Source: Camelus dromedarius
Lineage: Eukaryota
Assembly (NCBI RefSeq): GCF_036321535.1
Contig: NC_087436.1
Span: forward strand, 17,298,001-17,362,000
Direction of reading: 5' to 3'
Length of the DNA stretch: 64,000 bases
In this document: positions 38,619 through 50,753 of the stretch, in pieces
How positions within the stretch are numbered: the first letter of the stretch is position 1
Layout of the letters: each line of letters opens with the position of its first letter
Position numbers and translations under genes: made by a program
The notes under the pieces: model-generated
Databases searched by the model: none
Seen by the model: only the letters and a program-made list of their open reading frames with translations
Told to the model about the DNA's origin: nothing

Positions 38619-39387
38619 TTTTTTTTTTTTAAGACACAAAAATTAATTTAATAGAAATTTCGTTTGTAGTTCTTACATTCTCAGTGTGAGCCGAGCTAGA
38701 GCTCACTGCTCGACCCAGAAGTGGCGCAGTCCTGGGGGTGGGGGAGAAGGGGGTCAGAGCTCAGGCCCTAACAGCCCCATTCTTCCTCAGTGCTGGGCTG
38801 GGGATGGTATCCTCTTCTCCTGCCCCCCGTGGGGTACAGGAAGGAGAGCAGATGGACTCTTGGGCCTGGGGCTTCTCCTCCACACCCCACCCCACCCTGA
38901 GTTCCGAAGTTGGAGGGAAATCAAGGGATTTGGGGAGAGAAGGCAACAGAGGAAGGCAAAGCTGTCAATCAAGAAAGATGAAGGAATAAAGCCAACCACA
39001 AAATAAGAATCAACAGAATGTGGTAATCCAATCATACAGGACAGTCAAATGTGCTTACACATATTCAAGAAATCAATCATCTAAGTTATAAGTAATATGT
39101 ATGTGCTTTATTCCTTTGACAACTATGTAAGCTTAAAAAGCTAAAGCTCTAATTTGTTCTTAGAACCAATGATCATTACATATATGTGAACTTAAAAAGT
39201 GTGCAGTATGTTGTGTATATGTATTTACATGCAATATAATGTATGTGTGCAGTCAAACTGTAATCGTTCTACCTAATAAACCTGAAAAGGGGGAAAAAAT
39301 GGAAAAAAAAAGGTGAAGGCCAGGGGTGAGGGCTGAAAGAGGATCAGGGACAAAAGACTAGTTTAAAAAAAAAAAAGAGGGGCAGAG
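38619..39387 (-). pseudogene. CALR: processed (retrocopied) calreticulin 3'UTR fragment, 5'-truncated, non-coding, split by an insertion
   Basis: The minus strand reads TTTTTTAAACTAGT..CAGCCCTCACCCCTGG..CATCTTTCTTGAT..CAGCACTGAGGAAGAA.GGGGCT..CCCCAGGACTG.GCCACTTCTGGGT..GCTCACACTGAGAATGTAAGAACTACAAAC.AAATTTCTATTAAATT..TTTTGTGTC plus poly(A). This is colinear with the mammalian CALR mRNA 3' end as I recall it. ATTAAA at 38647-38652, tail at 38619-38630. Confidence 0.85.
38985..39308 (+). pseudogene. retrotransposed poly(A)+ fragment of unknown origin nested in the CALR retrocopy
   Basis: AATAAA at 39275-39280 followed by an A-rich tail. Flanked by AAAGATGAAGG (38974-38984) and AAAGGTGAAGG (39309-39319). 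Confidence 0.7.
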
Positions 39388-42300
39388 CAAACAACACGGA
39401 AATGAGCCGCCGTTCCTGTGTTTTACTAACAACTTGAAGCCGGCCTAACAAAGCTCCTCGTGACATGAGATGGCGAGGAAGGTCCTCAGGGTGCAGGAAG
39501 GCCTGAGACCAGGGCTTCTCGCCACTGGCGTGGTCGGGCTGTGTAGGGGGCAAGGGTGGGCAGACTTGTACTGCGGCTTCTCTTCCCAGAAGGCGTAAAA
39601 AGACAGGTGGGATTTTACGCAGCCACTGTTGAACTCCCCTCTGATTTATCAGGCTGCTCCTTTGATAAATTTGCAATGGGCTTATAGGTTCAAAATCTGT
39701 AACTTCACTGAAACGCAGGGGCAGTAAAACAAACAGATCAGTAAACAAAAAGCTGGAGCCTCTTCTCCCCTTCTATTTTTGAGGAGTTCAAAGAAGACAG
39801 ACAGTGGTCTGCGTAGCAGGTGTTTTAGAAGTGGTAGAAACGCCTTTTACTGACTCATATTATTTCTTTCATAGAGTGTAATACCAACAGACACTTTGTT
39901 TTTTTTGCAGAGGTTGAACCAATTTCGGAGGTTTCTCAAGCCATCCCTTGTGCACAAATACATTGTTTTCTGTTTAGTTGTTTCAAATACTACTTTCCAT
40001 GCACAATTTTAACCTTAAAGCAAAGGCTAATTTACTCCATTTATTTTTTTATTGCCTTGACTTAATGGCAGAATCATAAAACAAATTGGAAAATATGAGA
40101 TGTAGAACACATTTTCATTCTATAGAGGGAGGTCTTATTTTTTACATTTGTTTATTTGTACTTCTTGGCTTACTTGAAGAGAACAAAAATGCAATATACC
40201 TATATACTAGCAAAGCTGGAATTTCCTTCTTCCTGAGAAAGTAAATAAAAAGTGTTCTTCAGCCTGAGAGAGAGGTGTTATATATAAATTTTAGCTGCAG
40301 CATAAACGTTGGTCATTAATAAAAAAGCAGTAAAACATTAATATTACAGCTGAGCCCATCTGCCCACACCTTCCTTTCTGACTTCTACTCAGTTTTTCCT
40401 CTCTTCACTGACTCCAACCAAGGATCCACGTTTCCCAACTGGACTTTTTTCTGATTTCACATTCATCACTACATCTAAGTTGAACTCAAAAGCCAGATCC
40501 AAATCCAAATGTGAAGATTTAAAGGCTGGGCTGAGCATCAGAAATTATCAACTAAATGACAACTGTTAACAAGTTTCAAAGAAATCGTGCCTGTTTAACA
40601 GCTAGGTTGCTAACTGTATTTATCCAAACACGCTTCAGGTTTTTATTCTTTGTTGGATACAAACAGGGATGGGGGGCCGTGGAAGAGAAGTACTTCCAAT
40701 GTGGTAATTATTCTCCAGTTCCTTCGCTGTTCTTCTATACGTTGTGCTATTCTGCCTCCTGAACTCTGGAAACAAGCATCAAGATCTGATAGGAACGCTT
40801 TTCATGCAAACAGATGGAGTAATTGAAAGAATAAATAAAAATATTCAGTGAAAGTCCTGTGCAGAACTAGCATCCGTTCTGTGAGATATTGAGGATGGAT
40901 TGATGAATATTACTAATATCGCCGAAATTACAAAATCTTGTACAAATATCAAAAGTATTTTCTGCTTTAAGAGAAGAAAAAATTTATTTTAATCTTTGGG
41001 CATTTAGGGGGTTGTAGGTAGCCAATTCTAAAAATTTAATGAAATATACATAGGAAACTGACATATGACCTCTGAAAATAAAGCAGCCAAAAGATTCCTA
41101 TACCCTCCTGGCTCCATGGCGTGGATGCCAAAACATATAGCAGCTGGTAGAAAGGCTTCTGTGCCTGTCAAATATCACTGCTGCATATTTACTGATGAAC
41201 AGAGGAAGTTCCCACACCTCCAGAGATCACTGGACCAATAGGCAAGCCTCTACTGTATGCAGAGTCCATTAGGTCAGTATGTGTGTTTGGGTGTGGGTGT
41301 GTGTGTGTGTGTATACACACACACGCAATATTATTGATTCAAATTGTTTAATTAAAGTTAAACCATTCTATGCACTTAGCACAGTGCCAGATTCCCAGTA
41401 TGGTAAGACCAAATAAATACCAATTAAGGTAGATGAGATGGATGGAGACCAAGAAATGATTGCTTCCATGATGTGGAAGATGGTGTAATCAATGCATTGA
41501 TACCTCTGAAAATAGATATCTGGAAAAAAATGAATAGATCTGTGAACATACATGCCCAATAGCTCAAGTTAGAATTGAGATGTTGTATAAATGTCAAATC
41601 ATATGTAGCTCACTTTCAAATTTCACCATTAAAGTAAAATATCTGAAATTCACAATTGTCTTCTGAAACTACACAAACATATCAGAAATAAAAGATTACG
41701 TAATTTTGTAATTGTTGTACTACTGAATGTTAAGGAATGAATGGTATAAACAAGGTGCAGTTTTTCAAACAGTTTTGTCACAGTCTGAGAAAATTTGTAT
41801 GCTTGCTTCTCTAGTGTGAAACAGAAATGGTCAAATATCTCAAAGCACAGAAAACTCACATCAAATAAATAACAAAGAGAAGATATTAAGACCATGAATT
41901 AATAGTAGGAGAAATATACTTTGTGAACAGGAGATTCTTTCTTGGATTGCCTTGGCATATGTGGGTTGGACCGCATTTTCATGTTTGTCCCCCACTATGT
42001 CAAACAATTAGATTTTAAAAGACAATGCCATTGTGTGGATCTCTTTCCATAGGTAAATGGTATTACCACATAGTACTCTAGAAAAGGCTTCATATGCAAT
42101 TGTCTATGGACTGACAACCAACCATGTAATGAGAGAATTTTCTTATATATGCTTATTTAAATAATGTTCATGGATTTAAAAAATCATATAGGCAAATGAG
42201 CGAGATGTTTATAACCTTCACTTGTGATCATCCGAAGTGTTTTGTATATTTAACTTGGTATAAATATGAGTTTTGCTAATAAATCGCCATGAAGTGATGG

Positions 42301-44108
42301 CAACGTGCATTGGTATTTAATGGAGGACCCCCCCCTTTGCACCTGTAAATCATCAGGAAGAAACATGGATGAAGGAACGAATAAGGCTTGTTTTACAACT
42401 TGATATCTTCATGATTCCAGAATCACTTATTCCACCATCCAGATGGTGGTAGAAAGAACTGTTTCCTAAATGGCACACCGTGCCTGGGGGTGAGGAGTCC
42501 CGGGGTCAGCTCTGCTGGGAATTTGGGTTGCACCACCTGCTTTTCTATGCCTTTCTTTTCAGCTGCATGAGCCATTTTATTTTGACATTTTAAATACCAG
42601 CCTCCTTAATATAAAATGTGTCTGGGTCCTCTGGAGTGCTTCCTGGCGGAGATCCTTTTTACAGAATTGATGCAAAATAATAGATACTATTATAAAGTGA
42701 CAACTAGGCTCCCACCTTGAGCGAAGGTCCAGAAAGAATTACTGACCTCCACTTCGATAGTTGCCAGAGCTGAGCACTGACCAACCTTGAGGGGCAAGGA
42801 GAGGTAGGGAATAAAGATGCCATAGATTTAGTTACTTATTTATAAAATGTAAAGAAAAAAAAATCATATAGAGCCCTAAACCACTGCTAGGTAAGACGAA
42901 GTGGCTGCTGTGATCCAAGTCAGCTTTTAAAACTAATAGAAGCAATATATTTTTAGCCTTTTCATTTGCTTCTTCCTGGTAGTTGTGTGACTGTTCTCTA
43001 TTTTAACCACAGAATCGTCTCCCTGAGCCACCCTGGGATGTCTGGTAATATTTATAATTTAAAACATCATGTTAAGAATAATGGCCTGCTGATACTGTTC
43101 ATGTAACACCCGTGACCATACTTTCTGAAATATAAGTCCTAGAGAACCAGCTGCTGGAGACCGCATCCAGTGTCTCTAATGTGAAGATGACAGATTGCTC
43201 TAATACATAACTGACATGCAGTGTAATTTCTGAAAAAAAAAAAAAAAATCGAATCTCATGCTGCATGTCAAAGGAGTATATGGGCATTACCTAAAGGGCA
43301 AGTAAAAAATTTTTTTTAAGGGAAGAAAGAAATTCTTGGAAAACATTTTTCACTGCATTTTTCTGAAGCAACAGTGAAGAGAAAAGGCTACCACCCTGTC
43401 ATGAAAAATAGATCAAAAACAAGCAGTGACTGTAGAAGGTTGTGAAAATGCAAGAGAACATTGGGCATCCAAAAATCTAGGGCCACACTTTTGGAATAGT
43501 AAGCAGACGGGTTAGACAATAGTCAACGTCAAGTTGAAGAGTGCTCGAAAGAGCCATCATTGACTTGCCTCCAGACTGCACTGCCCCTGGTTACAGAGCG
43601 CAATGCAAGCTCGCCCTTGGTCTTGGGCTGAGCAGCCCTGATGCTCAGATAACTTGACTTCGCCTTTCTCAACTTTGAGAATTCCCCTAAGGAAACCAAT
43701 ACCAGTCAGGATTAAGAAAGATATCAACTCAACGTCTCAGTTTTCTTCTATGTCTTGCTCTTTCTTGACACAGTAGCTGAACACTGGAAGATTTTATTAA
43801 CTTACTTTTCATGTTGAGAAATGTGGAATCTTTGTAGCTGTATGAAAATATAGTGCTGGGTTTGACAGTTAATACTACATATGTAAACAGTTTAGACATA
43901 GGGATCATACTTGAATGGCTATTTTATTTTTTTGAACTAGAAATAAATTTAATGAGTAGAAACATTACTTATAAATTTGTCTTTTTCTTTACATTTTTTG
44001 AAAACAATTGATTTATATCAAATTAATATTTAGTTTTCATCTATTAAGCACCACCTACATGCGTGGTGCAGTGCTTAATACATTTGTGTGCATTTCCCAT
44101 CTGATTGG

Positions 44109-44204
44109 TTTTTTTTAAATTGAAGTACAATCAGTTACAATGTGTCAATTTATGGTGTACAGCACAATGTCCCAGTCATGCATATACATACATATATTCA
44201 TTTT
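44109..44204 (-). mobile_element. very short L1 3'-terminal insertion
   Basis: Poly-T followed by AAATTGAAGTACAATCAGTTACAATGTGTCAATTT.TGGTGTACAGCA. Degenerate flanks CATCTGA/CATATGA. Confidence 0.65.
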
Positions 44205-45079
44205 CATATGAAATGGGTATTTTAAATGCAATCATCGAGGGAAAAGTATTTGTATCCGTAATATTGCTGAGATGCAAATTTCCAAACATTGTTCAGGGAC
44301 AATCTGGGGTCAACAAACACAAGGGGGAAAGAGCAGAGAATGCAAAAATCAGGCATAACAGGCAAGAACCATGCAAAACTGTCCCCACTCAGAGATCCAT
44401 CAGAAACCCAAACTTGCATTTTAAAAGCTGTTTATTTCCCACAGCCAACATGCCCTGACACCAGAGACTGGCGACGTCACATACATTACCAACAACTGAT
44501 GGAACTGTGGGAGGACAGAAATGGAACACACAGACCTCTCAACCTCTTCAACCACAAGGCCTGCAATCTGTTGATGGTTAAGCTTGTATCTTTCCAGCTG
44601 TCTCCTTGAAATGAAACTATTCTCATCAGAAAGGAGAAAGTGTTCAGTGCTCACAGGGAGCACAAGGTGACTGGTGGGAAGTGTTTTTCTTTAAAAAGCA
44701 ATTTAATCTCTAACAAAAAAGATAGGTGGATCAGAGAGCTCTGAGAAATCAAGAGGCATTGAAGCCTCTTCTACGTACTAAAAAAGTTATTAAAGACAAG
44801 CACTTGCCTTCCAAACTAGACCCTACGTTTACTTTTGATCCCCTCCTTCTCGTGTGGCCTTTCACTAACAGAGGAGAAGTCAACCATGAAGCCCCAGAGC
44901 GAAGCTTCCTCTGGCACCTTAATTCAATCCAAACATACACTGAGCCAGCGTGCCTGGTGGGGTGGAGGAGATGGAGCAGAGGCAGCCACTAAAGGGCAGG
45001 AGACTATATGTACGCAGCTCTTTACAGGAAACTGCCCCAGCAGGAAACCCCTTTTCTCGTCACTTTAGCAAAACTATAT

Positions 45080-45586
45080 TGTAACTTAAACCAGGAACCC
45101 GCACGCCCTACTCATTTCAGGCCTAAGCACATCTTCTAAATCTTTTGATCACACCATACCTTACCTAACCTGTTGGTTCTGTTTTCTGCAGATCAAAGAA
45201 GCAGACATGGAGAATAAGTAATTAACAGATGACCTGATCTCTTTCTTAGCTTCCTCTTCAATAATCTCTGGAACAAACTGTGTGAACAAAAGAGCATCTA
45301 AGGGAAATTCACAAGGAACTGACAAGCCTGCACACAGTTGGGGTGGTGACGACTCTGAACCCCTATCTCAATGATTAACTGAGATAACTTCCCCATTTCC
45401 CCATTTTATCTTTAAAACTTTCATGACTGAGCAGACTCTTTGGAGATGGCTTTTGGAAGACACTGAGTTCACCATCTCCCCAGATTGCTGGCATTCTGAT
45501 TAAAAGCAGCTTTCCTTTCTATCAACATTGCCTCTTTTGCTTATTGATTTTTTGAGGGGTGAATAGTTGGACCATGTTCGGTAATA
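45080..45586 (+). mobile_element. ERV1-class solo LTR
   Basis: Starts TGTAAC and ends TTCGGTAA(T)A, with an ATTAAA poly(A) signal at ~45500. Flanks TATAT/TATAC. Confidence 0.75.
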
Positions 45587-45944
45587 TATACAAGAAAGAA
45601 CAGGCATGATGAGCGACCTCATGGGCAGACAGACCTCTGGCCAGACATACAGGGGGTTCTTCATCAAGTCCAGGTGTGTTACCTCCCTTCTTGACCAAGC
45701 CTGTACCCAGAACTGTTGATTTCGGTCCGCCTTTGGATTCCTGTTTACCTCAAAAGCAAGTTCCATCTTGAACAAATAGTTTGTGACATAAAAGAGAGGT
45801 AAAGGTCCTGCCCATCCAGGAAGCAGACAATCACTACTGCAGTAGTTGAGAATTCGTCACAGCCATTTTTCCCCAAAATAATAATATCAAAGAGGAAACA
45901 AGTTTCACAGACACAAAATTTAGATGACTCTATTGAGAATATTC

Positions 45945-46460
45945 ATACTATAATGGGGCCAATTCTTCCCAAATAAATTTGTATCTTCAAAATACAATCT
46001 CCAAACAAAGTCTCTGTGGAATTTGCTTGGAAACATTGTTCAAAGATACATTTGAAAAAAAAAGAAAGTAAGCAGTGGGGAACTGTCCAAATAATAATAA
46101 AAAAAATTAAATACTAGAACAAGTAGACTTATTCTAAGAGCCAATAACTAGCAACAGTGTGATACTGACATAAGAATCAAGGGAACAACAGAGTAGATAA
46201 TCCTCAAACAGATTTTGGAATTCAAGAGTCAGAAAATACTGTAAACTACTAGTGTGGGTAAATTGGCCACTTAGAGCAAAATAAATTGTATTATTCAATC
46301 TTTTGTAATACAGATATCTAGCTAGCTAGCTAGATACAATCTGACCTGGATCACCAGAATTGTTGTTACAAATAATCTAAAAATTAGGAGAAAATACTGG
46401 TGAATGCTGAATTAATCCCAAGATATAAGAAAACATTTAAAGCACGAAAGCAAACTGAAG
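45945..46460 (+). mobile_element. decayed L1 ORF2 fragment (L1ME-like)
   Basis: AATTCTTCCCAAATAAATTTGTAT..AATACAATC and AACAGTGTGATACTGACATAAGAAT. Confidence 0.55.
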
Positions 46461-47194
46461 ATTTTGCCTCCTGGAACTAGACATCACATGTTTTTATCGT
46501 CATAAAAAGAAACATAATATTAGCTAGACACTGAGAGAATTTGAATAATCAAGTGAAAATGTATAGTTTGCCAAGGATTATCAACCAGCCGTAACAAAGA
46601 GGTGAAAAGACCGAGCACGTGCCTGACCGAAACGCTATGTACACATCTGGTCTGTGACTGAGAGGCTATAAAAATACTTAGCCACGTTTGAAACACAGAT
46701 GAGAAGCTCAGATTTTAGCCTGTGATTTTTCTTGAGTCATGGAGATTGTGAGTTGTAGGACCCATGCTCTACAATAAGAGTAGGTACCTGAAAAGAAGCA
46801 GAGCTTAAAAACAGAGCAGAATCTGTTGTCACTAATTGTTCACCAAGCATTACTGAGTGATGTTCTGAAGTCATTGATAACTGAGTCCAGGATCCAGCTT
46901 AGTAAATTATTCCAAGTTATCCACTGACTTAGAAGGCTTAGGGTTGGTTGGAAAGAAGTCTAGACTCTATAATCGGATGTAAGTGTTTAAACCTGGGCTT
47001 TAACACATATTTGGCACTTGAATAAAATAACTTTTGTTTTTTAAATATCATAGAGATCAAGTTACTGCCTGCCTTCTGCAAGCCTAAAGTTTGCATTGTT
47101 TTGACCTTGATTTATAGAATGCAACACAAAGAGAAACAATTTTAAATGCTTTTAAATCATGGAATTACTAAGCTTCCTCTCCTCATAAAAATAT

Positions 47195-47302
47195 AAAAAA
47201 GAAAGAGAGGAAGTCGAAGGGAAGAAGGAAGAAAGGAAGGAAGGAAGGGGGAGGGGAGGGAAGGGAGGAAGAAAGAAAGAAAAAGAAAGAAGGAAAGGAA
47301 AG
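47195..47302. repeat. purine-rich (GAAG/GGGA/GAAA)n low-complexity tract
   Basis: Directly visible. Confidence 0.85.
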
Positions 47303-48450
47303 GTATTGTTATAATGATGATTCTTATGGTTATGATTACCAAAATCAAGCATCTGGTCCCAAACCTGGTACATTGTAAGTGCTCAATACTAGATCTAGGA
47401 TAGCTATCCTTCTTATTTATGAAATAATGGACATTTATTAAGCCTCACCTCTCAGCCATCACTATCTTATCACCTACCTAGCCAACTTAGAAAAGTCTAT
47501 ATAGTGTCAAAGCGACTTTGCATTCACACATCTTATCACAATCGTACTTTATGAAATACAGCACATGACATGAAAAATTGATTCATCAGAATAAAATAAG
47601 AGAAAATAAACTCAACCCAAGAAAAGCACAACCCATTGGATGTTCTGAAGAAAATTAACAAACAACGCCTCTTGCTTGGACTATAGTGACTATTTAGAAA
47701 TATGCACAAAGCTATGATGTGTGACCTAGGGAAGGAGGGGAAATGCTATTCCCATTGAGGAGAAAGATCTGAGAAGAGGTAAGGGAGTGATGGCGAGTTC
47801 TCCGGGGCAGGGAGTGAGTGAGTGAAGGGGTCAACATGGCTGCAAAACAGAAGTGGGAAGCAGGGGAGAGAAGTGGGGAGAGGGAAGGAGCTCGAACGCC
47901 CATGAGGCTTTCCGTCCTTTATCCCAGTGAAGACGCTCTGCAGGTCAGCACAGAGGCGGGGCCGGGAAGGTGGGACTCAGGATTTCCTTCACCAGCCCTT
48001 CCCAAAATTGCCCTCAGCATTTCATCTGTCTCATCTTGACTAAATATTGAAATGACTTAAGAAAATCCAATAAAAATTATCAGCGTTTTTAACAACCAAG
48101 CAAGATAGTTCTTTACTTATACTTGAACGATCCTGGACAATGGCTTTTTTTCCCAATAGCCTAAATATATGGCCCTTGACCGAGATGTTCTATTCCCTGA
48201 AATACTGCTCTCCTCTTATCTCAGTGCAGTCTTTCTCTTCCTGTTCAGTATATTTACTAAGATTTTATAAACATGCCCTTCCTGTGTTCATCTATTTACT
48301 TTATAATTTACTTTCCCCCCCAAATATTCTTTATCCTAAATTCTGACTTAAAGTTTTTATGTTTTTTTTTTACCAACTACACTTGCCCCTTTCTTCTTCC
48401 CTCCCTTTCTCCATAGCCACTCTTACACAGCTTTACGCTCTTAAAGAGAT

Positions 48451-48498
48451 TATATATATGTGTGTGTATGTATATATATATGTATGTGTGTATATATA

Positions 48499-48537
<39 letters not shown>
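48451..48537. repeat. compound (TA)n/(TG)n microsatellite
   Basis: Directly visible alternating purine-pyrimidine run. Confidence 0.92.
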
Positions 48538-49894
48538 CTTATCATTTCAGATTTCTTTTCTATTTGGATCACTGCCAGCCCCATTTTACACTTCAGTGCA
48601 TTAATTCAGGGGCTGAAATAGTTTTCCATGTTGTATGTTTCATGTCTAGTTCAAGTGCACTATTGAAAGAAATTGTAAAACCTTACCTTTTCCTCTAAAA
48701 AGAATCAGTGAGTAGGGCAAACCATGTTTAGGAATGAGGGCAGCAGGGAACAAGAGGGGCAGTGATGCTGTTTCCTTCTGGAGACAGGTCAGCTCTGGGG
48801 GATGCTCCTCGCATCCTGCTATTGCGTTTCCTCCTCTGCTCTCCACCACCTCCCGGCGCTTGCTGACCTTAAATGCCCCCCTTGATCTGTGTCATATGAT
48901 ATCCCTTCTCAGTCACCCCATCCTGCTTCAACCCTTAATTCTCATCAAGTGAAGAATTCTTCTTCCACAGTTTTTCTCTTTATCATGGTGGGTATTTCAG
49001 ACAATTCATAAAGGTGTAAAGAAAAGAATATACTATTGATAAGAAATCATTTCAGAGAACTAACCCAGCCTCTCTGCCACTCCTCAGCAGGTGTTGTCTT
49101 CAGATCCATTCCTATAGACATGGTTACAACTGCCACCATCAAAGATGCTTTAAGCATATGCATAAGCACAGCCCACGTGGTTGTAGGTCTGAAGCACACA
49201 TAGATATTTGAAAGAGTAAAGGTTGAAATGCTAGTAAATCAAATGTTTTCTCCATTTTACAACCCCAAATAGATTCCTGATATGGTAACTAAACAAAGAA
49301 GTATATTTTCCTTTGTCCTAAGCTTTCATTTTCCTTAAATTAAGTAGAAAATACTTATCTCAGTCTGAATCAAAGGAGCACAATGTCTGAACCACGGGGA
49401 ACCAAGTATGTGAGTGCACATGTCACCAAGTAGCTGTCACGTGGCCAGAAAAGTGGATGGAAAGAACCAGCATTCTTCTTTCTGTAATTGTGATTCAGCA
49501 CAAACATGAAGCTATACAAGTCCTGTGTGCACACAATCCTGCTTTGTTGAATAGAGTAGCTTGGACTTTAGCAGAAAGACACAGATGTCTATGAGTTAAC
49601 ATGGAAGATTAGCCGATTTTCAAAATACATTCCTTTAAATAATTTGTAATTTAATATCTCCCCATCTTGCACCAAGAATTTCTTAATTTTCTTATAGCAT
49701 TGAAATAAATGATTTTTTGTCTCTGCCTTGCTGTGTATACAGAAGCCACATCACTGATTATAAATTTGTATAGATAGACACGCAAATTTCTACCCCGCCC
49801 GAGGGAAGAGCTGTCTCATCTACAACAGCACAGAGAGAGGAAGACCAGAACTATGTCACATGTGCAATTATTAGTCCAGGCTGGCAATTTCAAG

Positions 49895-50140
49895 AGACAG
49901 TGTGGTCTAGCTGGTAGAACACCAGATGGTAAGGCATGGGACCTGGTTTCTATTCCCAGTTGTATCACTGTTAGAGATTTGGCAAGACATTCCTCTCTGT
50001 GTCTGTCTTCTTCTGTCAAAGTGCCCATCAACCCTTCGCTCACATTCTTTCACAGGCTGACAGGAAAGCCTGCCCAGAGATCAGCTAGGGGCTCTCAAAA
50101 GTATATTAATAAATGCAAAGGTGTGTAATGTTAAAAAAAT
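49895..50140 (+). mobile_element. MIR SINE remnant
   Basis: CAGTGTGGTCTAG..GACCTGGTTTCTATTCCCAG..TCACT..TTGGCAAGACATT..CTCTGTGTCTGTCTT..TCTGTCAAA resembles the MIR core. Confidence 0.6.
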
Positions 50141-50753
50141 AAAAGTCTTATTTGAAGCTGCCATTCATTCTTTCTGAGCTCCAAATGCTTCCTTACTGCA
50201 GCAGGTGGGGAGCTAGTCCCATCAGGGTTGTTGACAAGCTCGGTCATGGTAACACTGGCTCAGGCTTGAAATAGTTTGCAAAACTCTTTAGTCTTCAAAT
50301 CTGCCTTGTTCATAAACTATGCACTGTTTCCCTACTATTTTCCTAACTCAATTCCTTTCATTCCTTGCAATATCCACTTTCAACTGTTCAGCCAGTGGAA
50401 GGAAGGCATCTTTATTTTGCAGTCAACACTACACTTACTAGGTTTCATTAAGTCCGTGGCACTGTTGTGGTTCAACAGGTGATCCAGAGGAAGTCTAATA
50501 CGTATTTCCATGAGGAAGCAGAGAGCTGAATTTGGGAGGTAGATCTAACATACATGGAACATTTAGATTAATGACCTGGCATCAAATATAAAATAGAAGA
50601 GGAGGTCCTGGGAACAAAAACTGGTATGCGCTAACTCCGAAGAAAGGCTTTGAGTATATGGCATTTGACCTTGTTAAAGTTCATGGAATTTGGATCAGTG
50701 GAGAGCAGAGTGGAGGACTATTCTGAAAAGGGCAATAGCAGCAGAAGTGAATC

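Noticed and set aside
38686..39035. ORFs in a GC-rich block
   Set aside because: They lie in CALR 3'UTR-derived sequence. No CALR coding sequence is present.
43099..43250. Minus-strand acceptor (T15-CAG) followed by an open frame
   Set aside because: There is no convincing donor and no recognisable peptide. A poly-A run alone creates such acceptors.
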